DNA of 64,000 nucleotides from Massalongia carnosa (taxonomy: Eukaryota). A model generated the notes under the pieces. The model made no database searches, had not been told where the DNA came from, and saw only the letters and a program-made list of their open reading frames with translations. The translations under genes and the position numbers were made by a program. Positions within the stretch are counted from its first letter, which is position 1. Each line of letters begins with the position of its first letter. The stretch is from the NCBI GenBank assembly GCA_965645245.1, contig OZ287069.1, forward strand, positions 1,674,001-1,738,000. Direction: 5' to 3'. This document shows, one piece after another, positions 28,161 to 39,915 of this stretch.

Positions 28161-28750
28161 TTTGCGATCTTTCCACCAGAGCCAAAAACAGAACACTCCC
28201 GGCTCACAAGGTATTTATAGCTTTGGTAAATAATTAAAGATATGCAGATGTGGATCATTCATGCGCTTTCTGCGTCATACAGTAACGCTTGAGGCGCGAA
28301 ATGAGCAGGAGCTGGATCAAGATCGGAAACAAAATGAGGAAGAAAACAGTATCAGGGTAATCAAATGAACCTCTGCTGAAGGATTTTCGAGCTGGTCGAT
28401 GAAGCCTACTAAATGTTTTGAAAGTGGAGGATATGGGGGATGGTAATGTTCTAGCCGCTCGAGTGAACAAACCCCCGACTATTCCATTACCACAAATCTC
28501 AACCTATCATCATGAACCACCCAAAGACTTATCGAGACCGAGGTTTTTGGCCACTTTCTGAGCTTCAAAGCTCATTCCAGTGAAATTCAATAAGCAGTTC
28601 AGGTTCTCTCTACGTCCACCATGCCTTGAAAGAGTTTTGTATTTGGATCAAGATCAATTCTTGCGCCATCCCAAACACTTGAGAGATTTTTAACTTGACA
28701 TTTTCGCTATATTATTTCCACCTTTAGGAGGAACTGACATATAACACTTA

Positions 28751-29852
28751 TCAAATCCCCGGCTCATTATTACTTTCTGGAGAATTTCGATGTTGTGATA
28801 TCCAGCCCATCATATATCCGACATCCTTCGCAATAGATCCAGGAACGCCCAGCTTTTGGGTCCACATCGGCAACGAGCCTTTCGCATCGCTGGTTGTGGC
28901 CATTACCCATTCAATGATTTGATCTTCAGCGATCCGACAACGCTCGATACTAGTGTAAAGCCTGTACACCGTACGTAAGTTTTAGGGTCCACATATCAAA
29001 GACCTATAGAACACAAGAGGAAAGTCCCCCATACCCTATCACTGCCTTTTTACGTTTTATTTCACTGTCTGCTTCGGTTATGTTCCGGCCTCTGACATAG
29101 AACGCATAAGGTAAAGAGCTTATGTTGACAGGAATCTGCACTACGACAAAGGAGAACGGCCCCGTATTTGCGGTAACGACAAGTTCGGGGAATACACGTG
29201 GTAACAATGGAAATGGCAACTTATGGCACATCTCATAAACTTCAGACAGAGAGATTAGAAGAATTCTCCTTTGGGCTTTCGACTATCGCAAGGTTCACAT
29301 ACTATTCATGGTAATGCTGCTGTAATTGTCAATGACTAGCCCACCGCACTCACTCTGAATATCCCATTCTAGAACCTTGAATGAGTCATAAAGATCTGGC
29401 GTATACTCTCGCTCGTGCTCTGAGTGCTCTACTCGTAAGCCATAATCAAACTCGCTGAAACTCGCTGTGCCTTCCTGAGCCTGGTTGACATGTCGACTTC
29501 TTCTTGCAAACCATGCTTCACCCGAGTCGAGGATGTCTTCAGGAGGCTGTCGTGAAACATTGGGGTTTGACCATGTAATTTGTTTAATCTGGCTACTCGG
29601 GATATACCGACTCAGAAGCCTCACTTGTGCCGTTGATGGTGATGACGCCTTCAGATTTGCTTCCTTAAATGTAGCTGGCATGGTATCATCTATAAACTCA
29701 ATTGCTTGATTGAGAACCTCCTTGATGAATGCTGCCAATTCTGGAGGTTTTTTATCTGAGCCCTTCCCTGCCAGGTTGAGAAGCTTAGGATGGGAAGGGA
29801 GCTCATCCAAATGCAGAGGAGAAAGCCGCAAAAGGTTGCCCAAAGGTGCCAT
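28751..29852 (-). CDS. DUF3074 (START-like fold) protein, 2 introns
   Basis: WFARRSRH, EHSEHEREYTP, KLPFPLLPRVF and EWVMATTSDAKGSLPMW..LGVPGSIAKDV. Confidence 0.8.
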
Positions 29853-30543
29853 AATGAAATGCGAACATGTAGGCAGGTGATATCAACGTAACTAAAAACA
29901 AGACTTAAACCGAGGCTACAAGTTGAAGTTCAGTGTATCTTGAGGGGGGTTCATATATTGATAGAGAATAACTCATAGATGTTAAGAAGAGTCAAGGCAG
30001 CCTGATATAAACAGTATACTCGGAGATCACACGGAGGATTTTAAAGGGTTGTAATGACGTCCATATACATATTTACTTGGATTCCAAAGTCTTTCAAGAT
30101 TGATCGATTTCAACGTAATTTTTTAACCCTGAGTTTTTCAAATTTTAGGTGAAGAGTGAAGAGCTAATCATCTGAACTATTCTTCCTATACTCTTTAGAT
30201 GCTAATAACAGTTGATCCCAGTAAATAGACGTATAACTTGGAACGCTACATCTAATAATATAGAGTTCTAAAACTCTTCATTCGGATGGGGTGCATCCCG
30301 GTGCGTTTCCGAAACATGTATCACGTGAGTATGCGCAACTCAAGCGGCTCTTGTAATATCCTCAGTTATTCCCTAAATTCTTCACTTTCGACTCGGAGAG
30401 TAAACCTCGATGCAGCAACAGATTTACTAACCCTCCGTTCAGCAAAAGGTATTGGAGGTGAATTGCAGCCGGATATGCCGTACTTTCCATCTTGACTCAA
30501 GCATTCGTATTCAGCTCACCCCCCTAAACAGCTCACACGCTGC

Positions 30544-31260
30544 CTATGTTCCTTTCTTTCGATTCTCCTCAAGTCGTCGCTTGTATCGTACTTGAACCTT
30601 CCTCCTCTCACCGCCATCAACCTTAACCCCTCTCCTTTGCTCCCACATACCTTCCTGAGCCCTAATTGTCGCCATGCTTCCCCCAGTGCCTTTAATGGAC
30701 GTGATGAACGGTCCCACAATCGTATGTGCCCCTACCACCTTGTATCCCTCAATCGGCCTCAGCTTTGAAGTAGGTAGCGTCTCTATTGAGACCTCCTGAG
30801 GTAGATCGAGGATAATCTTTCTCATCGGTTCCAGTCCAGCGCGGGAATTTCGCAGCGCTTTTGATGGATCGCTATATGGGACTTCCACCACCCTCAATTT
30901 CGCAGTACCATCAACCACATGCCGTAGATCTCCACCAACGCCATAAACTCCCTTTCTAAACCTATCTCTCCACCACAGCAAATATCGCCGAGTTCGGGCA
31001 GGTTCGACTCCCGCGTCCCGTAGCTGATTAGAGGTGAGAGAGAAGAGAAGATCCCATGTAGGTATTTTTGACGCGTGCTGGATAATATTACGGCCAATGA
31101 GGGTAAGAAAGGTTTTTGAGTCCGGGACAAATGGAGTAGGTGATGGTATGTTCCTTGCGGAGACTTGTTGGTGAAGTTGGCGGAAATATCGTTGGGGGAT
31201 CACATAGCAGGGCGAAAGTAGGGAATGGGTTGGTAAAGCTCTCACAGACCTTGGTGCCAT
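30544..31260 (-). CDS. FYV4: Mitoribosomal protein mS41 (IGR motif)
   Basis: PTPFVPDSKTFLTLIGR..WDLLFSLTSNQLRDAGVEPARTRRYLLWW after an Arg/Ser-rich presequence. The start could instead be 31269 or 31350. Confidence 0.88.
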   Translation of the reverse strand: MAPRSVRALPTHSLLSPCYVIPQRYFRQLHQQVSARNIPSPTPFVPDSKTFLTLIGRNIIQHASKIPTWDLLFSLTSNQLRDAGVEPARTRRYLLWWRDRFRKGVYGVGGDLRHVVDGTAKLRVVEVPYSDPSKALRNSRAGLEPMRKIILDLPQEVSIETLPTSKLRPIEGYKVVGAHTIVGPFITSIKGTGGSMATIRAQEGMWEQRRGVKVDGGERRKVQVRYKRRLEENRKKGT

Positions 31261-31478
31261 GATAATCATGGCACGTAACCCGATCAAGAGAGTGTCAGAT
31301 GTGGATTGTATGAACAAAGAGCTGGGGGTTTTTTGGATAGGGAAATCCATTTGACTGATTAGCCCTGTAGTGGCTTAGGTAAGCTACAAGGATTTGAAAC
31401 TCAAATCTACCAGGTTAGTATCTTCTTAATTATGTGATAAGCAGTTTGGGAGTTATACAGTTTCTCTACTAAAACCCC

Positions 31479-32739
31479 ATGGCAGTCTCACCACTAGCAA
31501 AATTGAATAGCGTGGTAGTTACAAATGTCGATTTCACGAGAGACAAGGCATTGCCTGTTAGAACCAACTCAATTGGTATGGTTCATGATGTACCTCGTTT
31601 AAAAGTAGAGAAAGGAAAGGAGTTGGCAGAGCAGCTAAACGAAGACACGAAAAACAAGTATGTAAAAGGTGAAATTAGGTTCATTTTCCTCTGTTTCCAT
31701 TGCTCTCTAACTGAGAATAGATAAGAAGCTTGGTGAAGGAACCTACGCTATTGTCTATCTGGGACATTTAAAAGCAGACGTGAAGTCTCTGGTTGCCATC
31801 AAGAAGATCAAAGTTAATACGGAATACAAAGATGGACTATCGATGGACGCAATCAGAGAGGTGAAGTATTTGCAGGAGCTTTCCCATCCAAATATCATTG
31901 CTTTATATTGCGTCTTCTCGTCAAGGAACCAAAATCTGAATTTAGTCCTGGAGTACCTACCCTTAGGCGATTTAGAAATGCTCATCAAAGACAGTGAGGG
32001 CATACGCTATGGTACAGCCGAAGTCAAAGCATGGATGGGCATGCTTGCACGAGCTGTATGGTTTTGTCATGAAAATTTTGTTCTGCATCGAGATATCAAG
32101 CCCAACAATCTACTTATCGCTGCAGACGGAGAAGTCAAGCTTGCAGATTTTGGTCTTGCAAGGTCGTTTTCTGATCCATATCGACCTATGACGAGCCTAG
32201 TGATCACACGGTGGTATAGACCACCAGAACTACTATTTGGAGCTAGATACTACTCCGGTACTGTGGATGTTTGGTCAATGGGCCTTGTTTTCGCAGAGCT
32301 CGTCTTGCGGACTCCCTTTCTTCCTGGTAATACCGACTTGCATCAGCTTGAACTGATATGCCAAGCAATCGGAACCCCTACGGAGGACAATTGGCCTGGT
32401 GTATCGAAGTTGGAAGGTTTCGTCAAGTTCGATAAAGCTACAGCTCTGCCTGTGCGAGGGAAAGACTATTACTTGGCAAGCTTTGGCACAGCAGGGCCTG
32501 TTGGTGTGGATCTATTGATGTTAATGCTGACCCTGGATCCGCGTAAACGTTGCACCTCTCGCCAAGTCTTAGAGCATAAGTGGTGGATCAGTGACCCGGC
32601 GCCAACCAAGAAGGAAGACTTACCCAAGAAGGGTGGGAATCTCAGAAAGATAGGCGATGACTTAAAACGAAGAGGTGGTGAGTTACCAGAAGGCCAGAAG
32701 GATAATGTAGCCAGAAAATTGAATTTCGGTGCGAAATAA
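31479..32739 (+). CDS. KIN28: TFIIH CDK (CDK7/Kin28/Mcs6), 1 intron
   Basis: KKLGEGTYAIVY, KDGLSMDAIREVKYLQE, HRDIKPNNLL, DFGLARSF, VITRWYRPPELLFGA. Intron at about 31669-31720. Confidence 0.9.
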
Positions 32740-35099
32740 ACGAAATTGGCTGCAAGTTCCCCGGACTTGAGGCACCACATTTCGTAATAGTATGATGAGA
32801 TGGCAGGCACAACTACACACAACGTCGACCGGTTCATCTTATAGAGGTGGGTGTGAGCTGGTAGAGGCTCTTCAGATGAAAGCCTTACTCTTTACCGGAT
32901 TTTAGCTGACGCTTTCTTCCTACACTCGACGATGTGGCTATTATATGAACAGGAGAATCCCATCATTCATAAAGGGGGCGATAATCTCGGCCGTCTATTA
33001 ATCGTGCAATAGTCTCATTATTCCCTTTCAACCCCTGATTTTGAGAATGAGCCGCGGAAGGAATGGGATCATCGGGAGCCCACGGGGTAGAAGATGCTCA
33101 AAGCAAATGTGCAGGGGTAAACGGACGGAAGCAACGGCGATCACTGCAGGGGTAGAGCTAACAAACCTGGCGCATAACTATCCTTTATCAGTGTTCAGCA
33201 CAAAGCCAATACATACATGAAATTGGGCCGAGTTGCATACACCAAATGCTCATAAAATGGAGCAAATGACAGTTGAAGAAACACACCCCCCATACCTGAG
33301 CGAGAAAGGGATGCAGATGATGGCGCATTTAATGTCCGCAGATGTGAAGCAGTGACAAATGAGTGGATATGGTGATAGGATTAAGAACAGCACAACCGCA
33401 TAACACCAAAATACTGACAGGGTTTATTTTCTCCACTAGCTTCTTTTGGAAATTAGCTTTCTATCATTTCAATACCTCTGTACAGAGTATCTTACCCGTA
33501 TAGAATACACCCTAGTGACACTTAGGGTTTCCGAGTCGCTGGAGGTAAAGGTATAGAGTAATTAGCTTGTAGACTGATAATCACAATCGGCGAATGTGGG
33601 TTTCTGACATATAGTATAGGTAGCCAATACTTTGGCGGCTTTGTGAAGCATACAGAGTATACGGACTACAAAATAGATACTTTGACTTTGTTGGAGGTTT
33701 GGTCGAAAATTGCTTATATCTTTATGAGATCGTGGTGGGCACTTCAGCTCTCTATAATTATCTGCGTTAGAATAGAAACGCTAATGTTACGGTATTTGGG
33801 TGGTTCCGTATCTATGACAAAATTTACGAACGGTGTTTAACGGTAAAGTGAGTCTTTGATGAAGATACCGAGCTAGTCTAAGAGTATCCGTAACTAACGT
33901 TTTTTGCCCAGGTAACATAGGGGGTAGGTACTATTTAGTTACAGAAGAACCTAACTTAGATGATACCCGTTCTTTGTATCAAAAATCAATAATGCAAACC
34001 TTTTAAAAACAGAGTCTTAGCTTTCCTTTTGTGTCGGTATTAACTACCCGAATATGATCATCCCACGAGTCAAGTGGTTTCACGCCATTCGGGTCTAATC
34101 AAAATCGGGGCAAGACCAGTAGTAGCTTCTACAATCATCTCCTTCGAACCTCCAATTCTGCATCACTCACCTATTCGTATCATCTCTCGAAGCCGTCCAT
34201 CTGCAACCTGCATCGACAACGTGTTGGAAGTTTCCCTCCCTCCTTCTGTCCTCGTGAACACTTGTTCGTGTCCAATTGAGTGGATTTATGGTCTTGAGAT
34301 ACATCTGCCCCCGGTGAAATAGAATCCTGGAAGAAGTTAATCGCAACTGTCAAATAAAATCGCGTATCACAGAGTCCGGTAATTGCTCTTTCAGGTCGCC
34401 GGCCAGATTGACGTTCTGATTGGAGTCATTTCTCAAAGCAATCGTTCGAAGTTACGGTCCCTTAGACAATCCTTGTCGTGTCATTTAGAGTATCGTTCAA
34501 GCTGTTACCACTGTACCAGTTACACCTTAACACACCTAGGCATTCCAAATTCTCTTTCGCTGGCTAGGTAACATCAACCCCGCAAAGCCTTTGTCATAAT
34601 CCGCCCCGACAGCTTAAGTGTGAGTTGTCAATACTTTGTACCACCCATCGTGACGGCATATTGAACGCTTCACCACTTCTTGCTAACGTGCATACGGAAT
34701 GAAGCGCAGCTGCAGGAGCGGGATAGCCCATCTTGCCTAACCGAGGAGATTCTGCCGGACGCTCTTAACGGCTTATGAAACAAGCACCGCACAAAACCAA
34801 AACCTCAAGAACCATTGCCTATGTCAGCGAAGCGCACCTTGCCATCGTGAACTTTGACGTATCATTGAACTAGGTCATCAGCGGATCGCTCTGTTTTCAA
34901 GGCCATTGAGGATCGACAGCTCACCCAATCCTTCAGGTTTTGGCATTCATCAATTTTCCAAACAATCAATGTAGTAGCTGAACACCTTGATGGATCGAAG
35001 CCTAAGCGGAACATAGCCCGCGCTTCCTTTGCCGCTGTTGCTAGATCTTTCTGTGTTGCTTGTTGTCAGGCCCTTGATTAACTCGATATTTCGACTAGA

Positions 35100-38000
35100 A
35101 TGGCCGTCAGTATTCCTCGGCCGTCTCTCCCTCCGCCCACCTCAGCTCTTCCACTCTTGCCTGGTCCAAAAGCGCGAAAGAGTCTACCAGCTTCGCCAGA
35201 TCCATTGCGATCACCATCAACATCCCAAACTCCATCAAAGCTTGCCTTAAGAATACCTTCAAATTCCATAAAGGTTGCAGCAATTCCTTCGTATCACACA
35301 AGCTCCACTCCCAACGTGCCAACACTGCGATCCCCGGCGACAAATGCCGACACCGAGGTCAGCCCTTCTGGAAAGGACGTTCGGAGGTCGGTCAGCATTG
35401 CGTCATTCCCACAACCACCCAAGGTTGGGAGGCGCCTAGCTACAGACCTTAGGTCCCTCGCGTCTACGCCATCATCGGCCTCTGATAGCCACCAAAGAGT
35501 TTCAGAAAGCTCAAGCAACCTCCGAATATCGCCTGGCATATTAAAAGCTAAAAAACCTAAGCCACAAGCTGATTATCCTACTTCATATACGCCGTTAGGG
35601 GCTCCAAGCCTGCTCAATGGCAGTGGTGACGGAAAAGTTATCTCAGGCTCTGCAGGTGCCAGAGGTTCTGGCGGTCCTACAAGTCTCCTCTCGCCCTCGC
35701 AAAGCAGGAGTTCTTCGGCTCAAGGCTCATATTCTACATCTGCAACGACGTTTGAGGATGTAGACGAGAACGCACGTCGAGCCAGAGAAGAGGCGGAGGA
35801 TTGCAGGAGAGAAACTAGACGGCAGTCCAACTCAAAGGAGGCAAAAGGCAATGTCCTGGTGAGCGTACGAGTGCGACCCGATGCAGCTGGGATTGGTGAT
35901 AACTCTGAAGGAGAATGGATGGTCGACGGGCGGAGGTCTTTGGTGGCCTATAGAGGTCGAGAGAAGGGGGATTATTATTACGGTAAGCTGCTGGTTCATT
36001 CGCATTATCTTCGTTGCTAACCCATCGAAATAGATAATGTTTTTGCGACGCACGATAAAAATCACAAAGTCTACGATGCTTCCGCCAAGAGGCTGGTACG
36101 TCGAGTCATGGAAGGTTACCACGGCACAGTTTTCGCTTATGGCATGACCGGCACCGGCAAAACCTTTTCCATGCAAGGCACCGCAACATCACCCGGTGTG
36201 ATACCTTTGGCAATCACCGATATATTCTCTTACATACGTGAGACACCTCACCGTGAATTTCTGCTGCGTGTAAGTTACCTTGAAATTTACAACGAGAAGA
36301 TCAATGATCTACTCTCACCACCTACGCCTGGTGGAACTGGACAAGGGGTATGCCAGCCAGAGGAAATAAAACTACGGGAGGACAGCAAACGAGGAGTGTA
36401 TGCATCGCCTTTAAAGGAAGAAATTGTTCAAAGCCCAACTCAGTTACTGCGGGTTATAGCTAGGGGTGACCACTCAAGAAGAACCAGGAGCACCCAATTT
36501 AATGCTCAAAGTTCAAGAAGTCATGCGGTTGTGCAGATTGTCGTTGAAAGCAGAGAGCGTGCTCCAGTCAATGCTGCGTCATCAGATAGCAAACGAGCTC
36601 CCATGCTACCTGGAGGTGTTCGAGTATCTACCCTGAGCATGATAGATCTCGCAGGTTCGGAAAGAGCTGCAGAGAACAAGGAACGTCGTACCGAGGGTGC
36701 TCATATAAACAAGAGTTTGCTAACCCTCGGAACTGTGATTGCACGGCTGTCTGGTGAGAAAGATTGCAACGGCAACTCAACGGATAAAGACGGAAAACAT
36801 TTGCCGTATAGAGACAGCAAACTTACCAGACTCCTGCAACCAGCCTTGTCTGGAAACTCACTTGTCAGCATCCTCTGTACTATCCAGATTGGTTCAACGG
36901 GTAGCGCCGTGACAGCTAACAATCATACCGGAGAAACCTTGAGCACCCTTAAGTTTGCCGCGAGGGCAAAGAACAACATTGTAAGTCACGCGAGGAAGGC
37001 AGAGGAAGCTATGGGGGTTGGAACGGACTCTGGCAGTAGAATGCTTCTGGAAAGATATCGTATGGAAATCCAGAATTTGCGCAGCCAGCTGGATAATCAA
37101 AGTAGGGCTCAAGACGAGAAAGAAGAGAGGCAACTGGAAAAGGAAGCCAAACAACGACACGAGGAGCAAATGCTGGAAATGCAGCTGGCAAGAACAGCCT
37201 TGAAAGAGCGCATCGAGCACCTAAATCGCTTGATATTATCCTCTAAATCAACCGGCGTCAATAGCAATGGGAAATTTTCTGCCCTGAGCATTCGCCCGAA
37301 TTTGGCATCTTACAATGCTGGGTCATCGTCAAGGTCGCGATCGTCTCCAAAGTCGCTCCGTTCGTCTGCAAGCCATTCAACATTGGGCGCAATCGCGCCT
37401 TCCCTTAATCGTAACGGCTCCATCGGTTCTAATGTTACCATTGGAGGTCAGATTCATCCGGCTCAATCGCCTCGTTCTTCACTTGAGAATGATGTAGAAG
37501 AAGAAGATTCAACGGGTGAATTTGGCGATGGCACTGCTACATCGAACGCACACATTCGGGCTTTGCAGGCCGACTTGGCCGATAAAAACCGGTACATTTC
37601 TACCTTGGAGAAGCGGCTTCTGCAAGCTCGACGGTCCAGCCAATCAAGAACGTCTCTCGCTTTTTCACCCTCGCAGAAGGCATCTGGCTGCTTGGGAGAT
37701 GATCTCAACGCCATGATTCTATTGCAGGAAAAAGACGCCGAGCTCGCAGACCTACGTGCTCGACTTGACGACAAGGACCGCATGCTTGTCGCCCTTCGGT
37801 CTGCGGCACGAAAACGTGAGATTGCGGGTTTTGCAACTGAACCTGATTCGCTCGATAAGGGCAAGGCGATCCACCACCAAAGCAATGATAGCAGCGACAG
37901 TGCCAACAGCGGCGAGCTTGGCTTTAGCGCAATTAGCCCGGTAAAACTGCTCACCGAGAAGGAAAAGGACAAGGATGGTAAGAGGAAAAGCATTGACGAA

Positions 38001-38195
38001 ATGTCGAAAATCCTCGACGAAATGATCCAAGATCGAGTCGAGAGTGGGCAGTTGATCAAAGGAACGAAGGGAACGGTGCGGCCCTTGCATGAACGACGGA
38101 AGGAGAGCTTGTCGGCGGTGACTGGCGTGAGCGCTCTCACTGCGTCGCCGCTGCAACTCCCGTCAACTATTTCCGAGGTCGGGATTCCGACCTGA
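35100..38195 (+). CDS. kipA: Kinesin-7 (KipA/Kip2/Tea2-like), 1 intron
   Basis: About 250-aa Ser/Pro-rich N-terminus, then the motor: VSVRVRP, GMTGTGKT, SSRSH, DLAGSE, HLPYRDSKLTRLLQ, followed by coiled coils. Intron at about 35983-36033. Confidence 0.9.
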
Positions 38196-39319
38196 TTCCA
38201 TACGAACGGTAGGGGCGGTTGGGTGGGTGGCATGGTTATGTATGACATCTGGGGTTCGGATTCGAGGTTCATGGGGCAAAATGATCCCATCGGAGGGCGT
38301 TCTGGGCGCGTTACAGAGTACGGAGTACAGCAGATGGAGAACACGGGGATCCACTTCCTTCAGGACACCCCTGTCTATTTTGTATTATTAGACTGTACAG
38401 CCGGCTGCAGCTTTCATCTATCCTGGTATTGTTTCGGAGCGTTGCTCCTCGCATCACGATAGGAGGGGAAAGCCTGTATCATATTACTCTGTATTTGGTA
38501 TTCATAGCCAGCAGGATAGCTTGATGTCGACAGTTGCTCGGCGGCATGTTCGTCACCATATTTTGCGTCTGCTTACTACTTCGTACTTACTCCGTACTCG
38601 TACATCCATGCCCTGAACCCACAGCCGGCACTCCAATCTCCGTATCAAGGGTTCAGGCGACGAAGGCTGAATCTTTTTATTTTATCATTGTTGTTTTGGT
38701 AGCAGGGCGCTTGACTCTGTATAGAGAGCATACTCTTTAGTTACCGAGTACAACGCGATGGACAACGTGTTGCTAAGGATATTCCGTCAATAGCCAACAG
38801 ATAGATGCCTAGCAAAAGCCATATGCAGGGCTTCTGGACCGAACAACAGCTGTTTCATAAACGAGTCCTCATATGTTGGGGGGGATGTGACGTTTAGGGC
38901 TGAAACATCGATCTCCATGATCTCATTGGTTTATCGGTCGCCCTAGCGAGAACTAGATAGATGCAGGGTTCAAGGATCGATATCTGTCTGTTGGGTGGGT
39001 CTATGCTTTTTCGCCTTTGGTAACCTGTACTTCGTACAGTGACTCGTTGGAGAATTCTTTCGTGGGGGTTGGGTGGTGTTGGCGGGGAAGAAAAATACCC
39101 ATAGTACGAGTTACTTTGTACTTTGTACTTCGTACTGGTGAAAGAAACGTCCCAGTTGTAGGGCAAAGGCAAGGGGCCAGGGTGAAGGCCTGTATCGTCA
39201 GTCTTCGTTCTACAATATCCTGTTCTCTGTTCTCTTCAGCCCTCGTACGTCCTCATACCTACCTACCTATTTACACAGTACCCAAACATCTAACTTGCCT
39301 CTTATATTCATCAATCCCC

Positions 39320-39341
39320 GAACAAGAACAAGAACAAGAAC
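39320..39341 (+). repeat. (GAACAA)n hexamer repeat
   Basis: gaacaagaacaagaacaagaac. Confidence 0.8.
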
Positions 39342-39915
39342 ACCTAAGGTCTCTACCCCCAAAGTTGGATTCCTAACGATCTGCCTGATCTGCAACCTTA
39401 CATATCCCCCTGCTCAACTTGCTTGGTGTCATCGGTCCTGTTCGTAAATCATCATCTTTGAAAATCGTCATTCTTCTTTGTTCCCAACCAACGATTGAGC
39501 TGGAATCAACCGAAAAATATATATACACTTATCTAGATTCTTTTAATCTTGCTTCTGCGAAACCAAGGGTCAAGCTGAGCTGCAAAAATCCCTTGTGTGT
39601 GAAGTCGTGTACGTGCTCAAGGCGTTATTCGCAGGTATCGGTCAGAGCACTCAGTCTGGTCGTCGATTTGTGCCGAATTGCTGGATTTCTCCCATCTATT
39701 GTACTCTCGTCTGGCTTAGCGGCAGTATCAATTCCTGTGCGTGTGGTGTTAGCATTGAGCGGAAGTGGAACGCCCTGGCGGCTTCAACAGTCATAACGTT
39801 GGCGCTTCCGGTGTGGATAGAGCGGAAGTGAATGGATTCGAAGCACTCGTGCTTGGAGGTTCATGGTCAAGGATGATCAGATAGAGACAAGGGTAGACCT
39901 AGGCAACTCCCGAAA

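Noticed and set aside
29019..29030. GGAAAGTCCCCC, RNase MRP P4-like
   Set aside because: Antisense to a DUF3074 intron and no matching 3' P4 strand.
31001..31011. GGTTCGACTCC tRNA B-box
   Set aside because: Inside the FYV4 CDS and no cloverleaf.
33509..33530. TTAGGGTT / short hairpin as a telomerase RNA template
   Set aside because: Not the full TAACCCTAA template and no other TER elements seen.
37463..38344. 293-aa antisense ORF (also 50285-50989, 42419-43048, 24259-24699)
   Set aside because: Shadow frames of real genes with GC-rich codons, with no domains.
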